Source: Nitrospirota bacterium (GTDB taxonomy: Bacteria; Nitrospirota; Thermodesulfovibrionia; UBA6902; JACROP01). From it: DNA of 56,847 bases. Position 1 is the first letter of the stretch, and every line of letters begins with the position of its first letter. Location of the stretch: NCBI GenBank assembly GCA_016214385.1, contig JACROP010000108.1:1-56847 (forward strand). Direction: 5' to 3'. Below are positions 46,792 to 56,086 of this stretch, piece after piece. Both the position numbers and the translations under genes were made by a program. The notes under the pieces are model-generated. The model was not told the DNA's origin, ran no database searches, and saw only the letters and a program-made list of their open reading frames with translations.

Positions 46792-46843
46792 GAAAAATGC
46801 ACAGCGAGCGGTCCCGAAGCGTCGGGACTGTAGGAAGCTTCAA
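46792..46843. repeat. GTCCCGAAG..TCGGGAC family repeat, short inverted copy
   Basis: The reverse complement 'ttgaagcttcctacagtcccgacgcttcgggaccgctcgctgtgcatttttc' aligns with both ends of the 4794-4928 element. Confidence 0.65.
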
Positions 46844-46886
46844 GCTTTTAAATAAATCTAATTAGAAAGGAGCGAAGCGATAAGAA

Positions 46887-47222
46887 ATGGGGACAATTGA
46901 GTTTCAAAGCAAGAGTTATGAGGTTGATGAGGATGGTTATCTTCAGAATCTGGATGACTGGAGTCCTGAGTTAGCCAATTTTATTGCAGAAAAAGAAGGA
47001 ATCCAGATGAGCGAGGCACACTGGGAGGTTGTCAATTTCCTCAGGGACTATTACCAGAAATACCAGATTGCTCCAATGATAAAGATCCTTGTCAAAGAAA
47101 TAGCTAAGGTTATGGGGCCCGAAAAAGGCAACACAAAATACCTTTATGAGCTTTACCCTGGTGGCCCTGCAAAGCAGGCATGTAAGATAGCCGGACTTCC
47201 GAAACCAACAGGTTGCGTGTAA
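46887..47222 (+). CDS. dsrC: DsrC (TusE/DsrC family)
   Basis: 111 aa. 'VDEDGYLQNLDDW', 'HWEVVNFLRDYY' and a C-terminal arm 'CKIAGLPKPTGCV' with both conserved Cys. Confidence 0.95.
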   Translation: MGTIEFQSKSYEVDEDGYLQNLDDWSPELANFIAEKEGIQMSEAHWEVVNFLRDYYQKYQIAPMIKILVKEIAKVMGPEKGNTKYLYELYPGGPAKQACKIAGLPKPTGCV

Positions 47223-47400
47223 GTTTAGTCCTTAGGGAATAAGCAATATCGAGGATCCGTACCGGAGGGAACGAGCACCGGGATTTTATTTTTCTACCGT
47301 TACGTTTAACCAAAACTATCAAGGATAGGAAAGGGTATTCCATTCTCATGGTGAAAACTATTGTTAACAGTGAGGCGGTAAGGAGCAGTAGCTTCCTGAT

Positions 47401-47961
47401 ATGAAGCTCTCGACCCTCCTGTCAGCAAAGAGATCTGTTATTTTGGAAAAGTGGTTTGCTGAGATACTGGATACTTATCCATCTGCCACCTCAAGTTTTT
47501 TAAAGAAGCAAAAGGACCCATTCACTAATCCAGTGGGGCGAAATATCCTCCAGGGGATAGAGGGTCTTTTTGATGAGCTCCTCCATGGGGTGAGGCCTGA
47601 CAAGGCTTCTCCATTTCTTGATAATATTATCAGAATCAGAGCGATTCAGGATTTTACGCCCTCGCAGGCCATATCCTTTATTTTCTTTCTAAAAAAAGTG
47701 ATAAGAGAAGAGTTGAAAAATGATCCTGCCCTGAATTCAATTCAGGATAATTCAGGACTCGAAAACGGAATTGCTGAGGAGTTGCTGACACTTGAGGATA
47801 AAATAGATGACCTGGCCCTTCTGGCCTTTGATATTTATATGAAATGCCGGGAGAAGATTTATGATCTCAAGGCAAATGAGGTGAAAAATATGACCTTCGG
47901 GCTATTGAAACGAGCGAAGCTGATACGTGATTCTGAATTTAATTCAGGACAGAGACAGTAA
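47401..47961 (+). CDS. dsrT: DsrT-like protein (RsbRD N-terminal-like domain)
   Basis: 'ILEKWFAEILDTYPS...KDPFTNPVG' matches my recollection of DsrT. It lies immediately upstream of dsrM. Confidence 0.6.
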   Translation: MKLSTLLSAKRSVILEKWFAEILDTYPSATSSFLKKQKDPFTNPVGRNILQGIEGLFDELLHGVRPDKASPFLDNIIRIRAIQDFTPSQAISFIFFLKKVIREELKNDPALNSIQDNSGLENGIAEELLTLEDKIDDLALLAFDIYMKCREKIYDLKANEVKNMTFGLLKRAKLIRDSEFNSGQRQ

Positions 47962-47997
47962 TATCTGAATCTCAAATAAAATTAAAAGAGGGTAAAA

Positions 47998-48990
47998 ATG
48001 GGAGCCATATTCTCTTTCTTTGCAGTTATAATACTTGTCCTGCTTGCTTTTATTGGGGTAGGGGCAGCAAATTTACACTTTCTCTTTGGTGTTATTATCC
48101 CATACGCAGCTTTTGTAACATTCACCCTTGGGATTATTTATCGTGTCATTAAATGGGCGCGTTCCCCTGTCCCTTTCCGTATACCGACAACAGGTGGGCA
48201 GCAGAAATCTCTCCCCTGGATCAAGCAGAATAAACTTGATAATCCCTCCAGCACCCTTGGTGTTGTAGGAAGGATGGCTCTTGAAGTGCTTTTTTTCCGT
48301 TCTCTATTCAGAAACACAAAAACAGAATTGCGGGAAGGGCCAAAGCTCGCTCATGGCTCTGACAAGTGGCTCTGGTTAGCAGGCATAGCATTTCACTGGT
48401 CTTTTCTAATAATCTTACTCAGACACATCAGACTTTTTGCCGAACCTTCGCCTTTTTATTTGTATGTCCTTGAAAGCCTTGATGGTTTTTTGCAAATTGG
48501 CGCACCACGCCTATTTATGACAGGCATAATCCTTTTGCTGGCTGTAACCTATCTCTTCCTCAGAAGGCTATATATTCCTCAAGTCCGTTATATCTCCCTT
48601 GCTTCTGATTATTTCCCCCTCTTTTTGATTTTAGGTATAGCTGCAACAGGCATCCTTATGCGGTATTTCTTCAAAGTGAATGTGGTCGGTGTGAAAGAAC
48701 TGACCATGGGATTGGTTAATTTTAATCCGAAGATTCCGCAGGGAATCGATGTTATATTTTATATCCATCTTTTCCTTATCAGCGTCCTGTTTGCCTACTT
48801 CCCATTCAGCAAGCTGGTGCACATGGCTGGAGTCTTCCTCAGTCCTACGAGGAACCTCGCAAATAACAATCGCATAGTTAGACATATTAATCCATGGAAT
48901 TATCCTGTTAAGGTTCATACATATGAGGAGTACGAGGATGAATTCAGAGGAAAAATGAAACAATCTGGGATACCAGTAGAGAAGGAGTGA
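47998..48990 (+). CDS. dsrM: DsrM (NarI-like dihaem b membrane subunit)
   Basis: Polytopic membrane protein with conserved His in its helices. It is the first gene of the dsrMKJOP order. Confidence 0.85.
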   Translation: MGAIFSFFAVIILVLLAFIGVGAANLHFLFGVIIPYAAFVTFTLGIIYRVIKWARSPVPFRIPTTGGQQKSLPWIKQNKLDNPSSTLGVVGRMALEVLFFRSLFRNTKTELREGPKLAHGSDKWLWLAGIAFHWSFLIILLRHIRLFAEPSPFYLYVLESLDGFLQIGAPRLFMTGIILLLAVTYLFLRRLYIPQVRYISLASDYFPLFLILGIAATGILMRYFFKVNVVGVKELTMGLVNFNPKIPQGIDVIFYIHLFLISVLFAYFPFSKLVHMAGVFLSPTRNLANNNRIVRHINPWNYPVKVHTYEEYEDEFRGKMKQSGIPVEKE

Positions 48991-48994
48991 GAAT

Positions 48995-50620
48995 ATGGCA
49001 ACGAAGGCAAAACCACCAAAACCAGAAGATCTGTCAAAGATAGACTATAAACCTCCTAAGACAAAGTGGATGGATACGCCTGCTGAATTCAAGCCTGGCA
49101 TGTATTGCTATGGTACGAGACCTAAATATCTCGAGGCAGTTGACTTTCCAAACCCAAGGGAGTGGTCGTCTTCTGAGGAGGACTGGAAGCTACCTGAAAA
49201 CTGGAAAGAGATAGTGTTAGAAGGGATTAAAGAACGGCTGAGCAAGTACCGCACCTTTCATATATTTATGGATATCTGTGTGAGGTGTGGTGCCTGTGCT
49301 GACAAGTGCCATTTCTTCCTCGGCTCAGGAGACCCAAAGAATATGCCTGTTTTGAGGGCTGAACTTATAAGGTCGGTGTATAGGAAGTATTTTACAGGAT
49401 CAGGAAAAATTCTGGGTAAGCTTGCTGGCGCAAGAGAACTCACGTATGATGTGCTAAAGGAGTGGTGGTATTATTTCTACCAGTGCACCGAATGTCGGCG
49501 CTGCTCTCTTTTCTGCCCGTACGGTATTGATCAGGCTGAAATCACGATAATTGGCAGGGAACTTCTCAATCTACTGGGTCTGAATACAGACTGGATTGCT
49601 GGCCCTGTGGCGAATTGTTATAAAAAGGGTAATCACCTCGGCCTTGAGCCACATACACTCAAAAGTAACATAGAATTTATGATAGATGATATAGAAACCA
49701 TTACAGGGATCAGGATTGAGCCAACCTTTAACAGAAAGGGTGCTGAGATTCTCTTTGTTACGCCTTCCGGAGACCTCTTCGGTGACCCTGGCATTTACAC
49801 AGCAATGGGCTATCTCATGCTTTTCCATGAACTTGGACTTGACTACACCTGGAGCACATATGCTTCTGAGGGCGGTAATTTCGGCTTTTTCACATCAAAT
49901 GAGATGGCGAAAAGACTTCATTACAAGATATATGCTGAGGCAAAGCGGTTGAAGGTAAAGTGGATACTTGGAGGAGAATGTGGCCACATGTGGAGGCTTG
50001 TTCACCAATACCTGGACACATGGCACGGACCTGCAGATTTTCTTGAGGTACCTGTTTCACCAGTAACCGGCACAAAATTTGAGAATGCAAAATCCGCAAG
50101 GATGGTTCACGTTGCTGAATTTGCTGCTGACCTCATCAGGCATGGCAAACTAAAACTTGACCCGAGACGAAACGACCATCTAAAAGTGACCTGGCATGAT
50201 TCCTGTAACACCGCCAGAGGTATGGGAATTCTTGAAGAGCCCCGATATATCATCAAGAATGTATGCAACTATTTCTATGAGATGCCAGACAATACCATCA
50301 GGGAGAGAACCCTCTGCTGTGGTAGTGGTTCAGGCTTAAATGCAGGAGAAAATATGGAATTAAGGATGAGGGGAGGATTCCCCAGAGCAAATGCTGTGAA
50401 GTATGTTCGTGAAAGATACGGGGTGAATATACTGGCGAATATGTGTGCCATTGATAGGGCTGCCCTTCCACCGCTGATGGATTACTGGGTTCCTGGTGTG
50501 CGTGTGGCGGGCCTTCACGAGCTGGTGGGGAATGCATTGGTAATGAAGGGAGAAAAAGAGAGGACAACCGACTTACGCCTTGAACCCCTTCCAGGGAAGG
50601 AGGCAAAGGAAGATGTATAA
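48995..50620 (+). CDS. dsrK: DsrK (HdrD-like FeS/CCG-domain subunit)
   Basis: 'CVRCGACADKC', 'CTECRRCSLFCP' and CCG-type motifs ('HDSCNTARG', 'CCGSGSG'). Confidence 0.9.
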   Translation: MATKAKPPKPEDLSKIDYKPPKTKWMDTPAEFKPGMYCYGTRPKYLEAVDFPNPREWSSSEEDWKLPENWKEIVLEGIKERLSKYRTFHIFMDICVRCGACADKCHFFLGSGDPKNMPVLRAELIRSVYRKYFTGSGKILGKLAGARELTYDVLKEWWYYFYQCTECRRCSLFCPYGIDQAEITIIGRELLNLLGLNTDWIAGPVANCYKKGNHLGLEPHTLKSNIEFMIDDIETITGIRIEPTFNRKGAEILFVTPSGDLFGDPGIYTAMGYLMLFHELGLDYTWSTYASEGGNFGFFTSNEMAKRLHYKIYAEAKRLKVKWILGGECGHMWRLVHQYLDTWHGPADFLEVPVSPVTGTKFENAKSARMVHVAEFAADLIRHGKLKLDPRRNDHLKVTWHDSCNTARGMGILEEPRYIIKNVCNYFYEMPDNTIRERTLCCGSGSGLNAGENMELRMRGGFPRANAVKYVRERYGVNILANMCAIDRAALPPLMDYWVPGVRVAGLHELVGNALVMKGEKERTTDLRLEPLPGKEAKEDV

Positions 50621-51011
50621 TGGCGGAAAGATTATCATTGGACTTATTATCTTTTTAGCCTTTGTAGCATTTCCTTTATACTACAATATTGGGAAGGTTA
50701 GTGTTAAACCAGAACCAAAGCTTGATACCTCTGTCATCCAGCAATTGAAGGAAAAGAAGTGTGTTGAGCCAAAAGCCTATATGAAGGCTGAGCACATGAA
50801 GTTGTTGAATGAATGGAGAGATTCAGCTGTGCGGGATGGCAATAGGCTCTATATTAACAGTGAAGGGAAGCAGTTCACAATAAGCCTCCAGAATACATGC
50901 ATGAAATGCCATTCAAATAAGAAGAAATTTTGTGATGAATGCCATAATTACGCAGCAGTAAAACCTTACTGCTGGGATTGCCATATTGCGCCAAAGGAGA
51001 AGGAGATATGA
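50613..51011 (+). CDS. dsrJ: DsrJ (trihaem cytochrome c)
   Basis: The start at 50613 follows GAAGGAGG and overlaps dsrK by 8 nt. There is a signal anchor and three CxxCH motifs (CMKCH, CDECH, CWDCH). Confidence 0.88.
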   Translation: MYNGGKIIIGLIIFLAFVAFPLYYNIGKVSVKPEPKLDTSVIQQLKEKKCVEPKAYMKAEHMKLLNEWRDSAVRDGNRLYINSEGKQFTISLQNTCMKCHSNKKKFCDECHNYAAVKPYCWDCHIAPKEKEI

Positions 51012-51808
51012 GCATCAGTAGAAGAGAATTCCTAAAGATAGCAGGAGCCTCTGCCATTTTCGGATTAGGTGGGATGGCGATAATAAATGAAATCACAGAT
51101 GATATAGAGGCATCGCAATTCTCCCCAGGGCCCGATGCCTTAATAGCCAAAAGGTGGGCCATGGTCGTTGATATGAGGAAATTTAAAACAGAAGAGGATT
51201 ACAGAAAGATTATAGAGGCTTGCCACAGCATCCACAATGTTCCTGATTTTGGCAATCCAAAGGATGAGATTAAATGGATCTGGACTGACACCTTTGAGCA
51301 TGCCTTCCCCGGGCAGGAACATGAATATATGGAGGAGAAATTAAAGCGAATGCCCTTTGTTCTATTATGCAACCACTGTGATAATCCACCTTGTGTAAGG
51401 GTATGTCCTACAAAAGCTACATTCAAGAGAAAAGACGGAATCGTTATGATGGATCAGCACCGCTGTATCGGATGCAGATTCTGCATGGCTGCCTGCCCCT
51501 TTGGAGCGAGAAGTTTCAACTGGAGAGACCCCAGGGGTAAAGATGATAAAGGACGGCCTTTTATCAAGGAGGAGAATAAGGAATATCCAACAAGGACAAA
51601 AGGTGTTGTGGAAAAATGCACCTTATGCTTTGAGAGACTTGCCAAAGGTCTTAAACCAGCATGTGTGGAGGCATCCAATGGAGCATTGATTTTTGGAGAC
51701 TTAAAGGAACCTAACTCAGAGGTTAGGAAGGTGCTCAGCACAAATTATACTATAAGACGTAAAGCCGAACTTGGGACAATGCCCAGTGTTTTCTACATAA
51801 TAGGATAG
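51008..51808 (+). CDS. dsrO: DsrO (Tat-exported 4Fe-4S ferredoxin-like subunit)
   Basis: Tat signal 'SRREFLKIAGASAIFGLG', plus 'CNHCDNPPCVRVCP' and 'CIGCRFCMAACP'. It has an ATGA overlap with dsrJ. Confidence 0.9.
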   Translation: MSISRREFLKIAGASAIFGLGGMAIINEITDDIEASQFSPGPDALIAKRWAMVVDMRKFKTEEDYRKIIEACHSIHNVPDFGNPKDEIKWIWTDTFEHAFPGQEHEYMEEKLKRMPFVLLCNHCDNPPCVRVCPTKATFKRKDGIVMMDQHRCIGCRFCMAACPFGARSFNWRDPRGKDDKGRPFIKEENKEYPTRTKGVVEKCTLCFERLAKGLKPACVEASNGALIFGDLKEPNSEVRKVLSTNYTIRRKAELGTMPSVFYIIG

Positions 51809-51820
51809 GAGGTAGCAATA

Positions 51821-52993
51821 ATGCTTGAAAAGGCGCTAACTGGAAGTCGAAGATACTGGATCTGGATATTCGCTCTACTTGCGATAACAGGGATAGGTTT
51901 TATTTTCTACCTTAAGCAGCTTAGTTATGGTTTGGGGATAACAGGCATGAGCAGAGATGTTTCATGGGGTTTATATATAGGCCAGTTTACCTTCCTTGTG
52001 GGTGTTGCAGCCTCGGCAGTTATGGTGGTCCTGCCTTATTATCTGCATAACTATAAAGTTTTTGGGAAGATAACAATATTAGGAGAGTTTCTGGCTGTCC
52101 CCTCTGTGGTTATGTGCATGTTATTTATCTTTGCGGATATGGGCCAGCCAATGAGGTTTATGAACATATTCTTGCATCCCACACCTAATTCGGTCATGTT
52201 CTGGGATGCGATGGTCCTGGGTGGTTATCTTCTGCTTAATATCGTGGTCGGTTGGGCTGTTTTGGGTGCAGAGCGTAAAGATGTACCACCGCCAAATTGG
52301 GTAAAACCTTTCATATATCTATCAATCGCATGGGCCCCCAGCATTCACATAGTGACGGCCTTCCTGTACTCTGGCCTTCCCGGAAGGGATTTCTGGCTAA
52401 CAGCAATCATGGCAGTCCGTTTTCTTGCCTCAGCGTTTGCTTCCGGGCCATCCCTCATTATCATCCTATGTCTGATTGTAAGAAGGTTCACGAAATTCGA
52501 TCCTGGCAGAGAGGCTATTCAAGCCCTGGGAAAGATCGTTACTTATACCATGATTCTAAATGTACTCTTCCTTGGATTTGAATTCTTCACTGCCTTCTAC
52601 AGCCGAATACCGGGGCACATGCATACTTTCGAATACCTATACTATGGTATAGAAGGGTATGGAAGGCTTATTCCCTTGATGTGGACATCAGCTATCCTTG
52701 CAGTCTTCTCTCTTATTCTTTTGATTAACCCCGCAACACGCAGAAATGAGAAAACCCTGGCAATGGCTTCTGCAGCAGTGTTCATGTCTTTATGGATCGA
52801 AAAGGGATTTGGTCTGGTTGTGGGCGGATTCATCCCCAATCCTTTTGAAAAAATAACAGAGTATTGGCCAACGATGCCTGAAACAGTAATCACTATTGGG
52901 GTCTGGGCAATTGGGTTTCTGATACTAACTGTTCTTTACAAGATAGCTGTCTCAGTTAGAGAAGAGACAGTGGGCATCGAAGTTGATCGCTAA
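51821..52993 (+). CDS. dsrP: DsrP (NrfD/PsrC-like membrane subunit)
   Basis: 390-aa polytopic protein downstream of dsrO. Confidence 0.88.
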   Translation: MLEKALTGSRRYWIWIFALLAITGIGFIFYLKQLSYGLGITGMSRDVSWGLYIGQFTFLVGVAASAVMVVLPYYLHNYKVFGKITILGEFLAVPSVVMCMLFIFADMGQPMRFMNIFLHPTPNSVMFWDAMVLGGYLLLNIVVGWAVLGAERKDVPPPNWVKPFIYLSIAWAPSIHIVTAFLYSGLPGRDFWLTAIMAVRFLASAFASGPSLIIILCLIVRRFTKFDPGREAIQALGKIVTYTMILNVLFLGFEFFTAFYSRIPGHMHTFEYLYYGIEGYGRLIPLMWTSAILAVFSLILLINPATRRNEKTLAMASAAVFMSLWIEKGFGLVVGGFIPNPFEKITEYWPTMPETVITIGVWAIGFLILTVLYKIAVSVREETVGIEVDR

Positions 52994-53038
52994 ATTGATT
53001 TTTAAGGTTAAGTTTTTTAGAATAAAAAAATTCAGGAG

Positions 53039-53233
53039 GTGATTTCATTGTACATGGTAGTGGTAGACGCAGCAAAATGTGAGGGCTGTGAGGAGTGCGT
53101 GAATGTATGCCCACAGGGCGTATTCCAGATGAAAGATGTGAAATCAGACCCTTACCAGACTGCTGAGTGTGTTTTCTGCGAGAGCTGTACAGGTGTGTGT
53201 CCTACAGATGCAATAGCTATAACAGAGATGTAG
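53039..53233 (+). CDS. 2x[4Fe-4S] ferredoxin
   Basis: 'CEGCEECVNVCP' and 'CVFCESCTGVCP'. The start is ambiguous: the GTG at 53039 overlaps the RBS, and the TTG at 53048 or the ATG at 53054 is more likely. Confidence 0.85.
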   Translation: MISLYMVVVDAAKCEGCEECVNVCPQGVFQMKDVKSDPYQTAECVFCESCTGVCPTDAIAITEM

Positions 53234-53311
53234 GAGTAAAAAAGTTAAGAGTTAAGAGTTAAAAGTAAGGAGAGAACCCCTGTTTGGCAACTAATTGATA
53301 GTCGTAATAAT

Positions 53312-53402
53312 AATGTCCTATTTACTGATAGTGCTGTCATTCCCCGACTTAAAATCTGGATTCCCGATTAAGACCTTCGGGAATGACAAAAAAGCGGACA
53401 TT
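53312..53402. repeat. GTCATTCC palindromic repeat, copy C
   Basis: Ends 'AATGTCC' and 'GGACATT'. Core 'GTCATTCCCCGACTTAAAATCTGGATTCCCGATTAAGACCTTCGGGAATGAC'. Confidence 0.8.
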
Positions 53403-53465
53403 ATTTATGCGTAAGTCAATAATTGAGGGAAGAATTAAAATTAAATTTACAGGAGGATAAAGACT

Positions 53466-53651
53466 GTGTGGATTGTTGTAGTTGATAAAGAAAAATGTGA
53501 TGGCAAAGGGGAATGTGTTGATGTTTGCCCTTCAGGTGTTCTAAAGATAACTGATGGGAAGGCTGATCCATTTAATGTTGATGAGTGTGTAGGCTGTATG
53601 AGCTGTGTAGAAGTCTGTCCCACCGGTGCTATCACAGTTACCGAGGCATAG
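53466..53651 (+). CDS. 2x[4Fe-4S] ferredoxin (paralogue of 53039-53233)
   Basis: 'CDGKGECVDVCP' and 'CVGCMSCVEVCP'. The GTG start lies 9 nt after AGGAGG. Confidence 0.85.
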   Translation: MWIVVVDKEKCDGKGECVDVCPSGVLKITDGKADPFNVDECVGCMSCVEVCPTGAITVTEA

Positions 53652-53660
53652 AGATTAATA

Positions 53661-53694
53661 AAAAAGGGCAGCCGGATAGTCTGCCCTTTTTTTA
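53661..53694. terminator. Bidirectional rho-independent terminator
   Basis: 'aaaaagggcag-ccggatagt-ctgcccttttttt'. An 8-bp GC-rich stem is flanked by A and T runs, between convergent genes. Confidence 0.75.
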
Positions 53695-53706
53695 TTGTGG
53701 TTTTCT

Positions 53707-53958
53707 TTACGACTTAAGGATATAAAGCTCCCAGTAACCTTTATCTTCGAGCTTAACAGTCTCCAGGCTATAGCCCTGTTTTTCGCAGAACCGTGGTATT
53801 GTGTCCTCTACAGATGCTGGCGCATCAGCTAATACCTTTAAGACCTGCCCTGAACCGAGTTTCTCCATAGCCTTTTTAACCATCACAAGGGGATAAGGGC
53901 AAACCCTTCCTAAAACATCGAGTTCCTGGGCCGGTGTTATTGATTTAATATCTGTCAT
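53707..53958 (-). CDS. tusA: TusA/SirA-family sulfur carrier (second copy)
   Basis: 'LDVLGRVCPYPLVMVKKAMEKL' CPxP motif. Confidence 0.85.
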   Translation of the reverse strand: MTDIKSITPAQELDVLGRVCPYPLVMVKKAMEKLGSGQVLKVLADAPASVEDTIPRFCEKQGYSLETVKLEDKGYWELYILKS

Positions 53959-53973
53959 TTTACATCCTCCTTT

Positions 53974-54384
53974 TTAAAAACAGAGTAAGTGTTTTGAAGT
54001 TTCCATTTCTTTCATAATCTCAACAAAGGGCGCTACGTTTATGCTCGACTCTGCCCCCATATCGGCAGCATCAGCTAACCTGTCATGGGAGATGCCAAGT
54101 CTCTCAAGGTCTTCCTTACACACAATCACCTTTATATCAAGGAGCAGGGAGTTTTTAACATGGGTTTCCGTGCTCGTTGTATCATATGTCTGTATAGATT
54201 TCTGGTCCTTGAGACAGTTTAAGACACCGTCTCCGACAAAGGCCAGAACTGGGGTTACTGTCTCTCCCTCCTCAAGGAACAAATCCACGGTCTGATATGA
54301 TATGGCGTGGGTTATAGCGAGTCTTGGGTTCTCACTTTTATACGGGGGTCTTTGAACTAAAAATAATAATTTTGTATCGGCCAT
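53974..54384 (-). CDS. DsrE/TusD-like protein
   Basis: 'LLFLVQRPPY', 'FVGDGV' and 'VIVCKEDLERLGI', where the Cys sits at the position of the DsrE/TusD active-site Cys. Confidence 0.65.
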   Translation of the reverse strand: MADTKLLFLVQRPPYKSENPRLAITHAISYQTVDLFLEEGETVTPVLAFVGDGVLNCLKDQKSIQTYDTTSTETHVKNSLLLDIKVIVCKEDLERLGISHDRLADAADMGAESSINVAPFVEIMKEMETSKHLLCF

Positions 54385-54743
54385 TATTCACCTCCTATAT
54401 GCAGAACTCTGTCACTATTGGCAATCTTTGCTAAATACCAGTGCATGGCGTCCCACCGAATGCCCTCGATAGTATCTTCCTTATGAATTCCTCTCGCCAG
54501 GGTGCATGCCTCACAGGTAGTTATCTCCACCCCTTTTGACAGAAGCTCCCTGATTGATTTTTCAAGATGAGAGTAATCTTTGAAGGCTTTCTGCCCTTTT
54601 TTTGCAAGCATTGTGGCGTTTCCGGACAGCCAGATATTTACTTTATGACCCTTATTTACTGCAGCAGTTGACAATTTTGCAACAAAATCAAGGCTCATGG
54701 AGCCAACAAGAGATGAAAAAGTGCCTATGGTTAATGTAGCCAT
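54384..54743 (-). CDS. DsrE/DsrF-family protein
   Basis: 119 aa. 'VNIWLSGNA' and 'ITTCEACTLARGI'. It overlaps the downstream DsrE-like gene by 1 nt. Confidence 0.55.
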   Translation of the reverse strand: MATLTIGTFSSLVGSMSLDFVAKLSTAAVNKGHKVNIWLSGNATMLAKKGQKAFKDYSHLEKSIRELLSKGVEITTCEACTLARGIHKEDTIEGIRWDAMHWYLAKIANSDRVLHIGGE

Positions 54744-54753
54744 TTTATCCCTC

Positions 54754-55056
54754 CTAAAGCCAGGCTAATTGTTCGTAATCGTTCATAATTAAATCAACCA
54801 GTCCATCATAGGTTATGACCTTTATTTTTTTATCAACCAGGTTATTCTCTGAAAGCCCTCTCGTCTGAAGGTCCTCCAGAAGGGCGTAATAATTGGCCCC
54901 TTGAATCTTCAGGACAGGACTAATTTCACCGTTAAACTTCAGCGTAGCATGATAGATGCCGTTGCTGACGAGGAAGATGCCGAATTTTTCGGCCTTAAGC
55001 CGCTCAATAGTGTTTTCGGTTCTTCTGAGGTCGCTGAGAAAGACTCCAAGCTTCAT
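54754..55056 (-). CDS. DsrH/TusB-like protein
   Basis: The likely start is the ATG at 55056, after GGAGGTG. 'IFLVSNGIYHA', 'YALLEDLQTRGL' and a C-terminus ending '...LAWL', as in TusB/DsrH. Confidence 0.55.
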   Translation of the reverse strand: MKLGVFLSDLRRTENTIERLKAEKFGIFLVSNGIYHATLKFNGEISPVLKIQGANYYALLEDLQTRGLSENNLVDKKIKVITYDGLVDLIMNDYEQLAWL

Positions 55057-55240
55057 TTTTTTCACCTCCATGGGAATATTATTGATGAACAGCACATAAG
55101 TTTATACACTCATGCCATGTTTTGTCAAGGAAACCAAGGCATAATAAGAGAAATTGACACCACTTCCCCTCTGTTGTTTTTGTAAATTAAGAGTTAATAT
55201 AGTTAACAGCCGATGGTCAGAAGTTAGGCAGGGAGGCAGA

Positions 55241-56053
55241 ATGATTATGTCTTATTCAGGGAAGTTAAAGAGGTCTTTTAAAAAAATCTTATTGTTGACA
55301 TTCATTGCTGTTATTGCCGCACTTGCTTTTTATCTATTGAGCCTGCCAGATGTATCAAAATTAAAAAAGGAAAACCCCGGCAAGACCTCTTTTATGCAAT
55401 ACAGGGAAAAGGAATGGAGGAAAGAAGGCAGGAAATACAGGATAAACCAGATATGGGCGCCGCTATCGAATATCTCCCCGTATCTTATAAAGGCAGTGCT
55501 TATTGGAGAGGATGACAAGTTCTGGAGACATGAGGGTTTTGATTACGAGGCAATCCAGAAAGCCCTTGAAAAGGATTTAAAAAAGAAGCGCTTAGCCTTT
55601 GGCGGAAGCACCATAAGCCAGCAGCTCGCAAAAAACCTTTATCTTTTACCTTCTAAAAACCTGTTCAGGAAAATCAAAGAGGCACTAATTACATGGAAGA
55701 TTGAAAGGTCTCTCTCTAAAAGCCGTATACTCGAGCTGTATTTAAATGTGGTCGAATGGGGAGATGGAGGGATCTTTGGCATTGAGGCGGCATCGAGGCA
55801 TTATTATGGGAAGCCTGCCTCTGAGCTCAGTCCAGTAGAGGCATCGAGGCTTGCAGCGGTTCTTCCAAACCCGAGGAGGTTTAGTCCACTCGGAGACTCC
55901 AGATATGTTGTCAGCCGTTCGAGGCTTATATACAGCATAATGGTCAGACGGGGGATAGTGGAGCCTGGGTATGAAGAACTCACAGATAGAGTAAAAGAAG
56001 ATGCGATTCAACCACCATATGAATTGCCTGTAAGCCCGCTTACTATCCCCTAG
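55241..56053 (+). CDS. mtgA: Monofunctional peptidoglycan glycosyltransferase
   Basis: GT51 motifs 'EDDKFWRHEGFD', 'GGSTISQQLAKN' and 'RILELYLNVVEWG'. The start at 55241 follows GGGAGG. Confidence 0.9.
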   Translation: MIMSYSGKLKRSFKKILLLTFIAVIAALAFYLLSLPDVSKLKKENPGKTSFMQYREKEWRKEGRKYRINQIWAPLSNISPYLIKAVLIGEDDKFWRHEGFDYEAIQKALEKDLKKKRLAFGGSTISQQLAKNLYLLPSKNLFRKIKEALITWKIERSLSKSRILELYLNVVEWGDGGIFGIEAASRHYYGKPASELSPVEASRLAAVLPNPRRFSPLGDSRYVVSRSRLIYSIMVRRGIVEPGYEELTDRVKEDAIQPPYELPVSPLTIP

Positions 56054-56086
56054 TGTTGTGTTTCTCAAATAATATGTTTATAGTCT

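Noticed and set aside
47223-47400. 178-nt dsrC-dsrT spacer examined for a terminator or small RNA
   Set aside because: Only a 4-bp CCGG/CCGG pairing precedes the T-rich stretch at ~47283. I could not support a stable hairpin or any conserved RNA motif.
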